Shown here in pieces: positions 61,801 through 64,000 of a stretch of 64,000 nt of DNA (positions are counted from its first letter, which is position 1; every line of letters begins with the position of its first letter). Source of the stretch: Antedon mediterranea (lineage: Eukaryota; Animalia; Echinodermata). The notes below the pieces were generated by a model. The model saw only the letters and a program-made list of their open reading frames with translations. It did no database searches and was not told where the DNA came from. The position numbers were made by a program, and so were the translations under genes. The DNA lies in contig NC_092670.1 of the NCBI RefSeq assembly GCF_964355755.1, forward strand, positions 23,050,795 through 23,114,794. Reading direction: 5' to 3'.

Positions 61801-64000
61801 AAAGACAGGAAAAACCAAATTCAATAAAAAAAATGATGTTTTTGCGCTACGTGCGCACGTGCGCGTAAAAAAATTGCGCACGAGTGGGAATTTTTGAAAT
61901 GCTCAAAATGACATGAAACGCGTAGAAAGTTGATTAGATATTGATTTTTCGCATTTTGAAATTTTAAATACGCGTGCGCGCGTAACTTTTTATGAAACAT
62001 GCCATTTTTAATCCATAGAAAGTTTGCGCATTATATGACTTAAATGTTCACCAAGTTTCAATACAAAACGACCTTTAGTTTTTATTCTATGATCAATCAT
62101 TGAAATTCACAAAATCGCGCGTAACTTACGCTGCGCAACTCGAAATTTGAAAAAAAAAGTTTCTTGCACATCTACAGCTACAGGGCAATCTTTTGACAAA
62201 GTTATACAATCATATGTTGGCCAGAATTAGAGATACGCTGCGCACAAAAAATGGGGGAGAAGGGTGGAAGGAAACAAATAAATACTAGATTTGAACTCGT
62301 CACTACGGACGAGTTAGGTTATCCGCGGCGCAAAAGCCACGCGCATGACACCTAAGTTAGAATATTGCGCGCAGAAAAACGATTATACCATTGAAAAAAT
62401 GTTAGTGAGCCCTCTATTTTGCGTCGCGTCTAAGTGTGCACGGTATACACTATATACTGTATACGTACTACATAAAGTGCAGAATAGGTGAAAATAAGTG
62501 ACCAAAGTTGTTGACGATTTTGCAAATGATGACGTTATAACAGTCTTAAAAATTGTTAACCATGCGAAAGATAATTGATTGACCTAGACAATATAAAAAA
62601 ATTGAGGGAAATGGAATACGGATAAGTAGAGATGCGCTCTATTAAATGTGACCAGCTATGACGAAAGAGAAAAAACTCCTATATTTTATATTCGAGTGGC
62701 CATACGATGACGTCATAATGCTTGGTTAGCCATATTAATGCATGATTCGATAAAAACAACTCATCTACTTCCAGAATATGTAATTTAAAAAAAGTTCACC
62801 GCGTAGTTTAGAATTTATGACTGTTTAAAAAAAGGCATAATTTTGACGAATTTCTGAACTTTTTTTTAAAAATGCGCGCAAATTGTCAAATTCTAAGTGC
62901 TCGTATGAGGTGATATTAAGTCGAAATTGTATAAAAATTGGTAAAATTACTAGAAAATACTGGAAAAACAAAAATCAAGCAAAAAAAAATTGTTTTTGCG
63001 CTACGTGCGCACGCGCGCGTAAAAAAAGTGCGCATGCCTGGCAATTTTTGAAATGCTCAAAATGACATGAAACGCGTAGAAAGTTGATTAGAAGTTGATT
63101 TTTTGCATTTTGAAATTTTAAACGTGCGTGCGCACGTAACTTTTAGCGCAATCTGCCATTTTTAATCCATAGAAAGTTTGCGCTTGATATGACTTAAATT
63201 TTCACCAAGTTTCAATACAAAATGACTTTTGGTTTTTAATCTATGATCAATCATTGAAATTCATAAAATTGCGCGTAACTTACGCTGCGCGACTCCAAAT
63301 TCATAAAAAAAAGTTTCTTGCACATCTACAGCAACAGGGCAATCTTTTGCCAAAGTTATACAATCATATGTTGGCCAGAATTAGAGATAGGCTGCGAACA
63401 AAATTCGTGGAAAGAAAGAAGAATAAAGAAAAAAAAAAAAAAAAAAAAAAAGATCCTTACAATAACAAGGGGTTATCCGCCAAGTGCGGATAACCAACTA
63501 GATTTGAACTCGTCACTTTGACGAGTTCGGGTTATCCGCGCAAAGGCAACATGCACATACTTTAAACTATATGAACTTCGACAAATATTATGCCATCCTA
63601 TGACATGAATTAAACGTGTTTACAGTGCTGAATTGTACCTATTATGTAGCATACAGCATGTTATAGAATACACTGTTATATGTTATATACAGTGTAGTAT
63701 AGAGGAAATTACAAGACCATCTTTTAAATCCAATTATTAACACGATGATGTCATCAAATTGACATATAAAGATAACTATTTTAGAAGATAATTATCTAAA
63801 TAATTACATTAATACAAATTTGAAGAATTTTGGGCACGTAAAAGTGACATGCGCTCTCGTTTAAACGCAATGAACTTTTACGCAAAGGATGAAAATACGA
63901 CTTTTTTTATTCAACTGGCCATATGATGACGTCACAACATCTGGTTGGCAAAATATTTACATGAATTCGTATCTACAATTCAATGACTTCCAGAAAACGT
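58820..64000 (-). repeat. Array 3 of ~1.15-1.2 kb non-autonomous Helentron units (runs off the right edge)
   Basis: CTAG junctions at 58820, 59974, 61127, 62285 and 63498. Order B, B, B, A, then type C to the window end. Confidence 0.9.

Noticed and set aside
6906-63521. Recurrent short ORFs in the 1.2-kb units (MKFIK.RVTYAARL..., MVIRSWRITP...FFFF, MDLKWHFSKK...)
   Set aside because: They use non-ATG starts, run through poly-A/T tracts, are broken in many units and show no recognisable domain. They recur only because the DNA is repeated.

Overview
AT-rich eukaryotic (invertebrate-animal-like; species not determinable) DNA made almost entirely of one rolling-circle transposon family of the Helentron/Helitron2 type. 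One intact 3180-aa Rep-helicase-endonuclease ORF lies at 37813-47355 (+). The 3' part of a second, about 96% aa-identical intact copy lies at 2-2695, offset 44,660 bp. Three arrays of ~1.15-1.2 kb non-autonomous units (4.7-14.3, 49.4-56.8 and 58.8-64 kb) carry Helentron-type ends read on the minus strand: a TT-GGTTATCCGC hairpin at the 5' end, and GCGGATAACC + hairpin + CTAG at the 3' end. The pattern of missing and disabled ends suggests a ~37-kb autonomous element (13498-50598) whose RepHel gene is antisense to its termini and whose two ends share the mini-element core. Inside it I reconstruct features the ORF track misses: (i) an intact 5-exon, 264-aa OB-fold/RPA-like gene (15000-18344) plus four decayed copies, three of them inverted; (ii) a 16-unit tandem array in which each unit contains a 32-nt splice-signal-flanked micro-exon, apparently part of a spliced, ATG-depleted 5'UTR of RepHel; (iii) a three-hairpin structure at the start of the last leader exon. 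The RepHel protein also has an N-terminal hydrophobic helix, a PHD finger, a SUMO-C-terminus-like QQQSGG site and two papain-fold DUB-like domains. All calls are from reading motifs by eye; no searches were run.
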